Source: Candidatus Bathyarchaeota archaeon
Lineage (GTDB): Archaea; Thermoproteota; Bathyarchaeia; 40CM-2-53-6
NCBI GenBank assembly: GCA_005882895.1
Contig: VBBD01000009.1
Coordinates: 7,648-71,647 of the forward strand
Direction of reading: 5' to 3'
Length of the DNA: 64,000 nucleotides
Both the position numbers and the translations under genes were made by a program. Below the pieces are notes generated by a model. The model did no database searches. It was not told the origin of the DNA and saw only the letters and a program-made list of their open reading frames with translations. Positions 18,489 to 28,473 of the stretch are shown here, in pieces (the first letter of the stretch is position 1; every line of letters begins with the position of its first letter).

Positions 18489-21400
18489 CTAGGTGACCGT
18501 TAAGACCACTGTCGCCGTGTGGGTTAGACTACCGCTCGCCGCGGTTATCGTGATCGTATACGTGCCAGGTGGGGTCTTGTGTAGTGTGCGAACAGTTAGC
18601 GTGGATGTTCCCGACCCTCCTGAACTCAGCGAGACGGTGCTGGAGCTCAAGCTGAGCCGAGGTCCGCTGGGCGTGCAGACTGCAGAGAGAGATACTGGGC
18701 CGGTGAACCCGGCCATACTGGCCACGCTGATGGTAACGGTCCCGCTGGTACCGGCAGCTAGGCTTAGAGACGATGGGTTCACAGCGAGAGTAAAGTCTTG
18801 AACATTGACAGTGATCGTGACTGAATGAGTAGATGAGCCGCTGGTCCCAGTGACGGTCACCGTGTATGTTCCTACCTTGCTGGAGTTGATGGTAAGAGTT
18901 GAGGAGCCTGATCCTCCGGGGCTCAAGCTGACACTGGCCGGGCTGATGGAGGCGGTTAGGCCAGTAGGCGTCATGGATATGGAGAAATTGATCATGCCCG
19001 TGAAACCTGCAACGCTGAGGACTGATACGGACGAGGTGCCGGAGGTGCCCGCCTGAACGTTTACGGTGGTCGGGCTAGCGGAGATTGTGAAGCCTCCAAC
19101 TTCAACTGTTATCGTTGCGGTGTGAGACAAAGAACCGCTGGAGGCTGTGATGATAACTGCATAGGTGTTGGGGGTTGACGAGGTGAGCGTGCAGGTTGAG
19201 TTGGCGGAGCTTCCGGACGAAAGGAGGACGCTTGTTGGATTGCATGAAACAGTCAAGCCTGTAGAAGGAGTGACTGATTCTGTTAGGTTTACGTTACCTG
19301 AGAAGTTTCCAAGGCTTGTTAGGTTGATGGTTGATGAGGCGTTGGAGCCTGATTGGAAACCCACCGTGGAGGGGTTTGCTGCGATAGTGAATCCGGAGGA
19401 TGCGACCACGCTGACGGTAATGATGACCTGGTGGGATAGCGAGCCGCTTGTCCCGGTGATCGTGACAGTGTAGGTCCCTACCGTACTAGAGCTGACGGTG
19501 AGGGTTGAGGTGCCTGTGCCTCCGGATGTGAGGGGCATGCTGGTTGGGCTCAGGGAAACGGTTAGGCCTGAAGGAGACGCTGATGGTGCCAGATTGACCG
19601 TTCCTGCGAAGCCGTTGAGACTGGTGAGGTTTACGGTTGATGTCGTGGCCGAGCCGGAAGTGACCGTGAGGCTTGATTGGGCAGAAACCATGAAGTCGGT
19701 TACTCTTACTGTTACCTGGACAGATTGAGATGCTGAACCGCCAGTAGCCACAACCGTCACGGTGTATGTGCCGGTCGTGGTGGAGTTCGCGGTCAACGTT
19801 GATGTTCCTGTTCCGCCACTGGTTAGTATGATGCTGGAAGGACTCAGAGATGCGCTCAGACCTGAAGGGGAGACGTTTGTTGAGAGGGAGACAGTTCCAG
19901 TGAAACCGTTGAGACTCGTCACAGTGACAGTGGAGATGGCAGAAGAACCTGCTTGAGTTGTCAAAGTAGTAGGATTAGCGGAAACGCTGAAACTGGACGG
20001 GTTAGATGGACGAACCCTGGTAAACTTGATGGTGAAGGGTGAGGAGGTTCCCGTGGCATACAACAGGTCAATTGTAGGACTCGTGCCTGTAGGCCTGAGG
20101 CTCAATACCTGATCAGTAGTCGCGGAGTCAAGATAGTTGACCGTTGGGTTCCAGACCCCGCCAGCAGACAGCCGGACATAGCCGAGGGGCCCGCTTCCAC
20201 CGTCGGTGTTGACGTTCATGAAAAAGATGTAGTAATCGCCCGTCGTGATGTGGACGGCTATTCCGGCCCAGCCCCGGTTGGTAACTGCGAGCGAAGGCGT
20301 GTCAATGTGAGTCTTCACGTCTTGAGAGGTCAATGTGAACACCCCATAACTTAGAGTCCCGGTTATCCCGTAGGCAGCGACCACGAGTGAGCGGACAGGG
20401 TCCCAGGCAAGGCCGACGGGGTCATCATCTGCGTCAGAGCAATTGGTTTCATACGTGATGTTCTGGGATCCCCAGGACCAGCCGGACCCGTTCCAAGTTG
20501 CTTTGTTGAGGGCTATGGTTTCTGGAGGTCCGGTGAACCTGTTGGCCATGAGGTAGACGTTGTTGTTATCCGGTCTCTCGATCATGTTCGGGACAAACCA
20601 GGTGATGCTAACTGAGTCCAGTAATGCCATGTCAGGAGTCGATGAAGAGCCTGCAAGATTAGTCCAGCCTGTCGAGGAATCCCAGCGGAGACTTTTGACC
20701 ATAGTCCGGGTGGAGTTCTGCCAAGCCCAGGCTGCCAGAATATCCCCGTTGTGGAGGAGGATAGCTGTGGGATATCTGCCTAGACCGGACGAGTCGAGGG
20801 CCTTGGGCGTTCCGATGGTGAATCCTGTAATATTGTTCTGAGAGTCTCGCTGTATCACTACTGGAATGTCACTGATCATTCCGGCACCCGAACCACCTTC
20901 CACAATAAGTTCGAGCGACGTCAAAGACACGAGCACCGCGGCCGGCCTCGCATAGGCAGACGCGGGAGTGGATGATTTCACAGGAGCAGACCAGCCTCCA
21001 AGCATCGGGTCAGAATTATCATAAGCCAGCCCAATCCTTCCTAAACTGTCGGTATAGACGGCGATCATCTTACCAGCGGAATCCTGGATCAGCTTTTCGC
21101 CACCGGCCGTGGCCAGTGATGATGGCCCTGGTGCAGCATCGGAGGCGACGATGACGGATGTGGGTGGTGTCCCAGTCACAGCGACTGTGGTCGAGGCCGC
21201 CCCAGTCGCTCCCTTGGAGTCTGTGACAGAGAGTCCCGGACTATAACTGCCTGAGGCGGTGTACGTGTGGGTTGCCGGGTTGCCGGTGCCAGTTGCCCCA
21301 TCACCGAACGCCCAGGAAAAGGTGTAAGGTGCGGTTCCACCGGAAGCCGTTCCTGTGAAAGTTACGACTTGCCCGGTCACAGGTGAGGAGGGAGCGAAAC

Positions 21401-22199
21401 TGATGCCGAGGTTCAGTGCGGACTGGTGGACCCTCCAACCGGTTAGAGGATGGAGTTCCCAGCCTGAGAAGGAGTGACTAGCAGAGTTCGCATTATTCCC
21501 ATCCCAGTACATGAAGCCTTGAAAATCAATCAGTGTAACGCCTTGGGTGGTCTGGCTGTTCAGTGCATTGGGGTCGCAGGCTGTCCCGGACCCACAGTAT
21601 TTCGCGGCTTGCCAGTCATGATCAATCTCCAAATGAATTCGGCCGTAACAAGTGGGATCTTTGGCTGTTGTGCAGGACGTACCGTAGTTGGAGACAATAG
21701 CGGGGTCATAGATGTTGAAGGTAAAATCGTTGAGTGTTGGCCCGCCGTACGATCCGCCTCCGTTAGTCGGGTCATAGCTAGTCGACGAGTCCTCAAAGAC
21801 GGCGCTCGCTCTTTTGACACCGTCAATCTCAACAAAGACTCCTTGCTGTTTCCCGAAATTATTGGTGATGGTACAGGCGGGACCTGGAGAATGCCAACCC
21901 GATGGCGTTGGCCCCGGGGTCAACCATCGTTTAGCGTCACCGCCGCTAACGGTCGTGGTGATCCCGGGACTGAATGGGCTAGCATTGAAAGACGCTGTCC
22001 CAGTCTGGTTCGCAGTAATGTCTGTAATTCTCACAGTCGTGGGCGTACAGCTGACGTTGGAATTCCAAGCTCCAACAAGAGGGGCGGTTGTTGTCAGTAT
22101 CGAGGCGAAGACGGGAACTGCGACTTGGATCAAAGGTATGAGAAGAAGGGCTAAGGTGATAATTGCGGTGAGCCGTGAAAACCGAACTGTTGTCGGCAC
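18489..22199 (-). CDS. Giant secreted cell-surface protein with signal peptide, N-terminal domain, PKD domain, predicted beta-propeller-like central region and about six tandem Ig-like domains
   Basis: The signal peptide 'MPTTVRFSRLTAIITLALLLIPLIQVAVPVFAS' and the PKD motif 'YTFSWAFGDGATGTGNPATHTYTASGSYS' are present. The C-terminal 500 aa consist of about 97-aa repeats of the form 'PxxLxxxAGxSxxSTVxxTSLNGFTGTVxLSxxxSPSGLxxSLSPSSxxLTSGGTGTSTLTxxSxxxGTYTVTV'. Confidence 0.8.
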   Translation of the reverse strand: MPTTVRFSRLTAIITLALLLIPLIQVAVPVFASILTTTAPLVGAWNSNVSCTPTTVRITDITANQTGTASFNASPFSPGITTTVSGGDAKRWLTPGPTPSGWHSPGPACTITNNFGKQQGVFVEIDGVKRASAVFEDSSTSYDPTNGGGSYGGPTLNDFTFNIYDPAIVSNYGTSCTTAKDPTCYGRIHLEIDHDWQAAKYCGSGTACDPNALNSQTTQGVTLIDFQGFMYWDGNNANSASHSFSGWELHPLTGWRVHQSALNLGISFAPSSPVTGQVVTFTGTASGGTAPYTFSWAFGDGATGTGNPATHTYTASGSYSPGLSVTDSKGATGAASTTVAVTGTPPTSVIVASDAAPGPSSLATAGGEKLIQDSAGKMIAVYTDSLGRIGLAYDNSDPMLGGWSAPVKSSTPASAYARPAAVLVSLTSLELIVEGGSGAGMISDIPVVIQRDSQNNITGFTIGTPKALDSSGLGRYPTAILLHNGDILAAWAWQNSTRTMVKSLRWDSSTGWTNLAGSSSTPDMALLDSVSITWFVPNMIERPDNNNVYLMANRFTGPPETIALNKATWNGSGWSWGSQNITYETNCSDADDDPVGLAWDPVRSLVVAAYGITGTLSYGVFTLTSQDVKTHIDTPSLAVTNRGWAGIAVHITTGDYYIFFMNVNTDGGSGPLGYVRLSAGGVWNPTVNYLDSATTDQVLSLRPTGTSPTIDLLYATGTSSPFTIKFTRVRPSNPSSFSVSANPTTLTTQAGSSAISTVTVTSLNGFTGTVSLSTNVSPSGLSASLSPSSIILTSGGTGTSTLTANSTTTGTYTVTVVATGGSASQSVQVTVRVTDFMVSAQSSLTVTSGSATTSTVNLTSLNGFAGTVNLAPSASPSGLTVSLSPTSMPLTSGGTGTSTLTVSSSTVGTYTVTITGTSGSLSHQVIITVSVVASSGFTIAANPSTVGFQSGSNASSTINLTSLGNFSGNVNLTESVTPSTGLTVSCNPTSVLLSSGSSANSTCTLTSSTPNTYAVIITASSGSLSHTATITVEVGGFTISASPTTVNVQAGTSGTSSVSVLSVAGFTGMINFSISMTPTGLTASISPASVSLSPGGSGSSTLTINSSKVGTYTVTVTGTSGSSTHSVTITVNVQDFTLAVNPSSLSLAAGTSGTVTISVASMAGFTGPVSLSAVCTPSGPRLSLSSSTVSLSSGGSGTSTLTVRTLHKTPPGTYTITITAASGSLTHTATVVLTVT
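18492..19995 (-). repeat. Tandem coding repeats of about 290 bp (Ig-like domain array) inside the surface-protein gene
   Basis: Repeated peptide units are visible on the minus strand. The antisense ORFs on the plus strand (18493, 18850, 19165, 19498, 19762) are mutually similar. Confidence 0.7.
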
Positions 22200-22463
22200 T
22201 TTCTACTCTCCTCCCGATAATATTCGCGATCCTGGATGGATAGTTACTTTCAGCACAGAAACGGGCCGGGACCCGCGGCCCATTTAGCCATTGCTTCCGG
22301 CGGTCTACAGAAGGATAGAATGCGCAGTCGCACGATACAAATTGCAACATTTGTGCGCGTGATTCTGAATGTTAGTGCAATCCGAAGGTCGACCAAGAGA
22401 TTTGGATACTTGACTTGTCTCCTACGCTTTGAGGATTCATTCTAAGGCCTGCCCGAATTGTCT

Positions 22464-22865
22464 TCAGTGGCCCCAGTTGGGTGGAGCTTGCTGTTTTCCT
22501 GTTTGTAGGATCCAGTAGTCGTGTAGTTCCTTGCAGAGGCCGTTTTTTGCGAAATGTAGCGTTAGGCAGCCAGCGAGAGTGACGTCGTTGAGTTTCTCTT
22601 TCATTGTGGTCCAGTATTCAACGGCGGCTCTTGAGCCTTCCACGACAGGCTTTCCAAATCGAACCTCGTACACCTGTCCAACATCTAACGCCCCCAATGT
22701 ATAATCCAAGATACTCTTTCGTCCCTGGTTCACAGGCCGAAACGGATGCGAGTGGTACGTAGCGTCCTCAGTGAAGAGAGAAGCAATCGCCTTTGCATCT
22801 TTCTTCTGCCATGCTTTGGCGTAGTTACGAATCCACCTGATAACAACCAGCCTAGTACTGGGCAT
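22464..22865 (-). CDS. NTF2-like (SnoaL/DUF4440-like) small protein
   Basis: 133 aa. The layout 'AKAWQKKDAKAIASLFTEDATY' is common in NTF2-fold proteins. Confidence 0.45.
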   Translation of the reverse strand: MPSTRLVVIRWIRNYAKAWQKKDAKAIASLFTEDATYHSHPFRPVNQGRKSILDYTLGALDVGQVYEVRFGKPVVEGSRAAVEYWTTMKEKLNDVTLAGCLTLHFAKNGLCKELHDYWILQTGKQQAPPNWGH

Positions 22866-23466
22866 CTTGAGACTCCCACGTCAGCCTTGCCGAAATAGCA
22901 CTTAACCATTAAATCAATGGGAATGCCCTCTGATTGGCCTCGCCGGAATTACCGAAAGGCTGGTGAACTGCCTTAGAGTAGATGGGCCCCGGGCACTGCC
23001 CCTTTGTCCATATTCTCACAATAGCAGAATCTCGGATGGTTTTTCGGACCGGGCCCCAACATTGTGTACACAAAAGTATGCAACTAATTTTACTCTAAAC
23101 CGAGTTTGGGAACCAACAGGTTCTCCTGTCAGATCCACAATTTTTGCTACTAAATTGTCTCTCAAGAACAAAATGGTCCATTTGGAATCACATAAAAAAT
23201 CGGCACTATATCGAAATCCGAGAATATTCCCTGGCTGAACATTCCTTATCTTTCACTTGCGCCATTAATGGCGAACAGAGATTAGAAGCATGGCATTAGA
23301 CAGGCAAGTAGAACAGAAAGATCCGATAGACGAAGCACGGCTGCCAGGTCGGCTTTCGCTATTGACCGCAACCGTCGAACCCGCCCTGCTGATACAGGCC
23401 CCCGCAGGTGCTATTCCAAGAATAGGAGAAATCCCACCTGCCTCCCCCACAGGCGGAAATGGGATG

Positions 23467-23640
23467 AAACCTCGGAGAACCCGTCGGCTCAAAGACAAAC
23501 GCACCTGTGTAGAGTGTGGCCTCAACTTTCGTCCTGAAGGTGGCAGTCATGTGATCTGCAACCCTTGTGGTCTGCAGGCCTGGGCAACCAAGCGAGCTGA
23601 AGAATACAGAACGCTCGTAAGTATGCTCAACGCACCATAG
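23467..23640 (+). CDS. Small zinc-ribbon protein (possibly longer, from 23290)
   Basis: 'MKPRRTRRLKDKRTCVECGLNFRPEGGSHVICNPCGL' has CxxC...CxxC. The upstream part of the 23290 ORF is Pro/Ala-rich and less protein-like. Confidence 0.3.
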   Translation, partial: KPRRTRRLKDKRTCVECGLNFRPEGGSHVICNPCGLQAWATKRAEEYRTLVSMLNAP

Positions 23641-23781
23641 TTCCTGGTCGGTCTCATCGAGCCGTCGGCTCCACTTTCCAAAACGATTTGTTCATGCAAC
23701 TTTTCGTTTCTGCCAACGATTTTCCAAAACACTTTCTCTAGTGGCCTCCAAGGGCCTCCTAAATCTCGCCGCACGCCCTTC

Positions 23782-24786
23782 ATGACCCTTAGCTCGGCAT
23801 TCCGCTACCCTAGACTTGGAGGGCGGGGAACATCACAATTTAGACGACCCGATGGCGTAAGCGGCGTGGAATACAACATGTCAAGGGTCCAGGGAAAAAA
23901 TTCGAATCTCTTTAGCGAACTCTCAAACGCTAACCTGAAGGAAGAGTGTGAGTCGTGCAGAAACATTGTTATCTGCAACGTATGCGGCAGCTCGATCTCC
24001 GGGTTCGAACACATCGGAGTGCGGGCGAGTGCGAGTCACGAATCTGGCATCTGGCACTACGCTAATCCTTGCCGTCATCGCAACCAACTCCGTTCAAGAT
24101 CAGCCAATGTGAAGTATGGTGGCGGCCCTCTCTGGAAGAACGGGTATACGTGGCAGAACATCTACTGGGGCCCATACTTCATAGGCTCTTCCGCCTCGGC
24201 CTGGGTTGCGAGCATAGAGAAGGCCGTCGTAGACATAGAATCGGACAAGACATATTCAGCAGGGCTATCGCAATACAATGTTGGGACCGGAAGTGTTAGC
24301 CCTCTCATTACCATCAAGACGGCTCCCTCCACGAAAATATCTGATGGGCAAATCAAGCAGACTCTTGCCGGCTGGATTGCATCCGGCACCGTCCCCAGCC
24401 TGGGCAGCCAGGGTGCCTACAACATATTCCTGCCACCCGGCGTCACCGTATCTCTCTCCCCCGTTGAGGCGTCCTGCGCATTCTTCTGTGATTATCACAA
24501 CACCGTCAACGGGTCCAACGGTCCATTCTACACTGTTGAGCCCTATCCATGTGCCAAAGGTTGTAACCAGTGCACCAACAATCCGCTGGACACGCTGACG
24601 CAGGGATTGTCGGAGGAGATGGTGGAGCTAAAGACCGACATGAACCCCGGAACAGGATGGGTTATAGGAAACCTTGAGCTCTGCGATTATTGCGACGCGA
24701 AATTCCTCTGCAACCGGGTCAGCGGCGGCGAGTACGTCAATTCTTGGTACGACAAGAACAAGAAGGCTTGCTGGAAAGGAATCTAA
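23782..24786 (+). CDS. Cysteine-rich hypothetical protein (about 18 Cys), no recognised family
   Basis: 334-aa ORF with no competing frame. Cys pairs include 'CESCRN..ICNVCGS', 'CAFFCDYH', 'CAKGCNQCTNN', 'ELCDYCDAKFLCN' and 'KACWKG'. No obvious signal peptide. Confidence 0.45.
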   Translation: MTLSSAFRYPRLGGRGTSQFRRPDGVSGVEYNMSRVQGKNSNLFSELSNANLKEECESCRNIVICNVCGSSISGFEHIGVRASASHESGIWHYANPCRHRNQLRSRSANVKYGGGPLWKNGYTWQNIYWGPYFIGSSASAWVASIEKAVVDIESDKTYSAGLSQYNVGTGSVSPLITIKTAPSTKISDGQIKQTLAGWIASGTVPSLGSQGAYNIFLPPGVTVSLSPVEASCAFFCDYHNTVNGSNGPFYTVEPYPCAKGCNQCTNNPLDTLTQGLSEEMVELKTDMNPGTGWVIGNLELCDYCDAKFLCNRVSGGEYVNSWYDKNKKACWKGI

Positions 24787-24894
24787 TCCCCAAATTTCGA
24801 CCCTTCAAGAACCGTTCTAGCTAACCCATCCCAGGGGCGGGTACATTATCTTGATTAGAACAGGATGCAATCCACCTACGGTCGCTAAGAAATA

Positions 24895-25173
24895 ATGATG
24901 GCCGAAGTGAAATGGCTGATATTGTTTGGGGTCGCGTGTTACGGGTTTGGAGCTCTCTCTGTCACAGCGGACGAACTCTACGGAATCGCCCAATTCTACG
25001 GGACAGGGGGTGTTTACTATTTCCCAATCATCGGAGCAAGGGGGCTCTGGGACGCGTGGGTCTACGTGTTCACAGGACTAGGACTCTGCTTCTTCCTGTG
25101 TACACTTTCGGTTTTAATGCTTCAGCGAACAAAACCGACCAGAAAAGAATCCTCGGACCAGATACAAAGCTAG
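24895..25173 (+). CDS. Small membrane protein (2-3 TM), hypothetical
   Basis: Hydrophobic 92-aa ORF. Confidence 0.3.
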   Translation: MMAEVKWLILFGVACYGFGALSVTADELYGIAQFYGTGGVYYFPIIGARGLWDAWVYVFTGLGLCFFLCTLSVLMLQRTKPTRKESSDQIQS

Positions 25174-25221
25174 AGAAGATGCCGGTTCAAAGCATAGGAG
25201 CCCGACCAAAATGGGAGCTGA

Positions 25222-25674
25222 TTGTCTTTGGTTGATGTTGTGAAAGAATTTCTTTCGAACTATCCGGATCAAATACGGATGATAACCGAAGAGTTGCGCC
25301 ACATGGCAAGACGCGCAATGCCTAGAGCGCGTGAGTTTCTCTACTATGACGCAGTCAACTACTCGCTTAGCGATTCCCCCCTCGAACGCATCTGCTACAT
25401 TTCGCCCGCACAAAACCAGGTTACGCTTGGATTCCTGTTCGGAGCGCACCTCGACGATCAGCATCACCTGCTCCAAGGCATCGGCAAGCGAGCACGCCAC
25501 ATCAAGATCAGAACATTGGAGGAAGCGAAGAATCCTGCACTCAAGGGATTGGTCAAAGCTGCATGGAATGACGGAGCCGCTTCTATCTCAAGCATCAAGC
25601 AGCAGAAGAGACACCGTATAGTTGCTCACAGTCACACAAAGCAGGCCTCTCGATCACGACGCAAAACACGATAG
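25222..25674 (+). CDS. DUF1801-like protein
   Basis: 'RMITEELRHMARRAMPRAREFLYYDAVNYSL...VTLGFLFGAHLDD...GKRARHIKIRTLEE' resembles the YdhG/DUF1801 pattern. Confidence 0.4.
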   Translation: MSLVDVVKEFLSNYPDQIRMITEELRHMARRAMPRAREFLYYDAVNYSLSDSPLERICYISPAQNQVTLGFLFGAHLDDQHHLLQGIGKRARHIKIRTLEEAKNPALKGLVKAAWNDGAASISSIKQQKRHRIVAHSHTKQASRSRRKTR

Positions 25675-25727
25675 GGATCCAATTGTTCTAGAGAACAAGG
25701 AGCTATGGCAGAGACATGACTTTGGAT

Positions 25728-26072
25728 TCAGCCTTTCCATATTCCGAGGGAAAGGCCGATGAGGAATGCCGCGGAAGTAATTGGCAGTATGCTTGCGACC
25801 GCCGAGGCCTGGCTGGCCGCGGTCGGTACCAGCGAGACGGCCCTGTAGATAGTTGTCTTCGAGGAATCGCTCAGCTGGAGATTGATGTAGCCTGTAGCGA
25901 TGAGGAGACCGACGAGAGAAAGAATGGCGAGTCCGAGCTTCACCGTCTTCTTGAGCACAACCCCCACGAGGAAGCCTATCGCGAGCACGATCAGCGCTGG
26001 GACGATCGCTCCTGATCCAAAATCGAGTAAGAAGGCCAAGGACGCCCGTCTCTTAGGATTAGCCGTGGGCAC
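25728..26072 (-). CDS. Membrane protein (3 TM), hypothetical
   Basis: Hydrophobic profile. Confidence 0.35.
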   Translation of the reverse strand: MPTANPKRRASLAFLLDFGSGAIVPALIVLAIGFLVGVVLKKTVKLGLAILSLVGLLIATGYINLQLSDSSKTTIYRAVSLVPTAASQASAVASILPITSAAFLIGLSLGIWKG

Positions 26073-26079
26073 TCTTAAG

Positions 26080-27045
26080 CTAGGCTAGTTCCAGCATTCG
26101 TTGAATCGCTAGTCGCGCCTTTCCGGCGATCTCATCCCGGACCCTAACCTCGTGGACCATGTTTCTCAGCGAGTTAGCAACTTTCTCCAGGGTTATGGTT
26201 TTCATGTACTGGCAGACAGCATCCTCCTTTACCGGAAGAAACGTCTTGTCCGGGTTCTCCTTTCGCATCCTGTGAAGAATCCCCGTCTCCGTTGCAACCA
26301 AGAACTTGTCCGCACTCGACTCCCGCGCCCGACGAACCATACCCTCGGTTGAGGCAACATGAACCATCGGCATATTAAAATCGCCCTTCTCAGCAAAATA
26401 CAGAAACTGCGTAACACAACCACACTCAGGATGAATCAGAAATTCAGCGTCTGAATTTTCCGCAAGCTTCTCGTTCACAACATCCGGAGTTATCCCCGCG
26501 TGAACATGGCACTCCCCAGGCCATATCTCCATCTCACGCCCTGTCCTCTCCTTCACAAACGCCCCCAAGAACAAATCCGGAAGAAAGAGAATTTCTCGAT
26601 CCCTAGGAATACTGTTGACAACCTTCACCGCGTTACCAGAGGTACAGACATAATCGCTCTCAGCCTTAACCTCCGCAGTCGTGTTAATGTAAGACACAAC
26701 GGCAGAATTCGGATGCTCGTTTTTCCAAGCCCGCAACTTCTCCCCATCAATCGTCGCCGCCAACGAACAGCCAGCGCCGAGATCAGGCAATAGAACCGTT
26801 TTCTTTGGCGAGATTATCGATGCGGTCTCTGCCATGAAATGTACCCCACAGAAAACAATCACGTCCGCAGGTGTCCTGGCGGCAGCTTGTGAGAGGCCTA
26901 GCGAGTCGCCTACGAAGTCCGCGATATCCTGGACCTCGGGGACCTGGTAGTTGTGTGCTAGAATGACCGCGTTTCTCTCCTTCTTCAGCCGCAGAATCTC
27001 CGCTGCCAGCTCCCCGTGTCCATTGAACTGGAGCATCTGGGCCAT
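26080..27045 (-). CDS. nadA: Quinolinate synthase A
   Basis: 'VILAHNYQVPEVQDIADFVGDSLGLS', 'VFCGVHFMAETA', 'SYINTTAEVKAESDYVCTSGNA' and 'IHPECGC' match the three-repeat NadA fold and its Cys ligands. Confidence 0.9.
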   Translation of the reverse strand: MAQMLQFNGHGELAAEILRLKKERNAVILAHNYQVPEVQDIADFVGDSLGLSQAAARTPADVIVFCGVHFMAETASIISPKKTVLLPDLGAGCSLAATIDGEKLRAWKNEHPNSAVVSYINTTAEVKAESDYVCTSGNAVKVVNSIPRDREILFLPDLFLGAFVKERTGREMEIWPGECHVHAGITPDVVNEKLAENSDAEFLIHPECGCVTQFLYFAEKGDFNMPMVHVASTEGMVRRARESSADKFLVATETGILHRMRKENPDKTFLPVKEDAVCQYMKTITLEKVANSLRNMVHEVRVRDEIAGKARLAIQRMLELA

Positions 27046-27127
27046 AGGAGATCAGAGTAGAACTGGCCAAATTCCAGTGTTAAACATTACCCTGAGAAGG
27101 ACCCCAAAGGGAGGGTGCTAGCTTGGC

Positions 27128-27288
27128 TATTTCTTCTGGCGATCCTCGCGGTCTCCTTTGCCGGCCCTCTCAAGTTCGTGTTTTGCCTGACCCAGAGATT
27201 TAGCCAGCTCCGGGATCTTCTGAGGGCCCCACATCAGCAAGATAAGGACAACCGCTCCAATCATGACGACTTCCCAGGGATCAATCAC
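27128..27288 (-). CDS. tatA: Twin-arginine translocase subunit TatA/E (53 aa; below the ORF-track cutoff)
   Basis: Minus-strand translation 'MIDPWEVVMIGAVVLILLMWGPQKIPELAKSLGQAKHELERAGKGDREDRQKK*' contains the TatA hallmark 'LLxFGPxKLPEL' and an amphipathic helix. GTG start. Alternative ATG at 27264. Confidence 0.6.
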
Positions 27289-27469
27289 CGGCCATCAGAA
27301 CTGACATCTCATCTAACACCTTATACTTTCTAGGTCAATAGTCTCCAAAGAGAACGAAGTGGTCTAGCTAGTCCGTAGAACTCTCACGACCGTAACCCTG
27401 AGAGGCGGTTTCTAGACTTCTTCCGCATCCAAGCTCCACGAGACCTGAAGAGTTGCCCTCCAACAGACA

Positions 27470-27748
27470 GTGCATGCAAAAAGCCATATGGTGTTACAAT
27501 CGGAACTTAGCCTGGCACGAGCACGCAGATCAACAGGGGACGTTCACTTGGTCCACGCAAATATGGACAATACGATGAGGAAGGTGGCCCTCAAGGAACT
27601 GAAGTTCATAGCTGAGGTCAGCGAAGTGACCGTCACAAAACGGATTCTCCTCGTCAGGCCGAGGGCGACTACCAAACCATACGAGGTCGAGCGGCTCATC
27701 GAGACGCTGAAGCAGGACTACGACGATGTCCAGGTAGAAGCATCCTAA
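27470..27748 (+). CDS. Hypothetical small protein
   Basis: 92-aa ORF with protein-like composition. No motif. Confidence 0.3.
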   Translation: MHAKSHMVLQSELSLARARRSTGDVHLVHANMDNTMRKVALKELKFIAEVSEVTVTKRILLVRPRATTKPYEVERLIETLKQDYDDVQVEAS

Positions 27749-27795
27749 CGCGGGAGACTCCGTATCTCAGTTGTTCCACCCAAGCAGGGCGGTTT

Positions 27796-28233
27796 CTACA
27801 TCATTGGCGACTGGAGCCTCGCGATGGTGGACGAAACCTGGTCAACATACTCTTTCAATCTGGAGAGCATACTGCTCGCGGTGATGACACCGATTACTCT
27901 ATGGTCCTTCAGGACTAGAACTCTCCGAATCCCTTTGTGTGCCATTAGTTCCGCAACCTGATCCAGCCCCACGTTGGAATCCACGGAGACCAGATCGCTC
28001 GTCATGATATCGCCCAGTTTCACGTGTGAAGGATCTTTTCCCTCAGCCACTATTTTGGAGAGGTAATCCCACTCGGTAACAATCCCCTCTGGACCGCCAG
28101 TGGCGGATGTGATTATGGCGAACCCATGTCTCTTTGCCTTCATCTGTCGAGCCGCTTCTAGTGCGGTTGTCTCTCGTGAAAGAGAAAGAAACTCCTTCTC
28201 GACAATGTCTCTCGCGACCAAGACCATAGCCAA
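27796..28233 (-). CDS. CBS-domain pair protein
   Basis: Two CBS units are visible ('GFAIITSATGGPEGIVTEWDYL' and 'GIRRVLVLKDHRVIGVITASSML'). Confidence 0.75.
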   Translation of the reverse strand: MAMVLVARDIVEKEFLSLSRETTALEAARQMKAKRHGFAIITSATGGPEGIVTEWDYLSKIVAEGKDPSHVKLGDIMTSDLVSVDSNVGLDQVAELMAHKGIRRVLVLKDHRVIGVITASSMLSRLKEYVDQVSSTIARLQSPMM

Positions 28234-28473
28234 TGCATGACAAGGCTCGAATAATTAATAGTAACCAACACGGCTTCCCATATGGTTAGCCATTCGTCAG
28301 GCGGGCAATTTGGAGGATTTGCCCTTCGTCTCTTGAACTCTCATTTTTCCCACTAAATTTGTCTCTATCAGACAGTCTTGGACTGTGGTAGACTGGAAAC
28401 AAACCTAGAACGTTCGGCGCTAGTCCAAACCTAAATCAACATACACCCACAAGCGAATTACGGCAAGAATGAA

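Noticed and set aside
18493-19956. Five mutually similar plus-strand ORFs (60-100 aa)
   Set aside because: They are antisense reflections of the Ig-repeat array of the giant minus-strand gene. Their similarity is caused by the DNA repeats, not by protein function.
22866-23289. Possible tRNA or SRP/RNase P RNA in the gene-free stretch
   Set aside because: I found no T-loop (GGTTCRANTCC) or cloverleaf-compatible acceptor pairing by eye, and no SRP helix-8 or RNase P P4 consensus. A covariance-model scan is required before calling any ncRNA.
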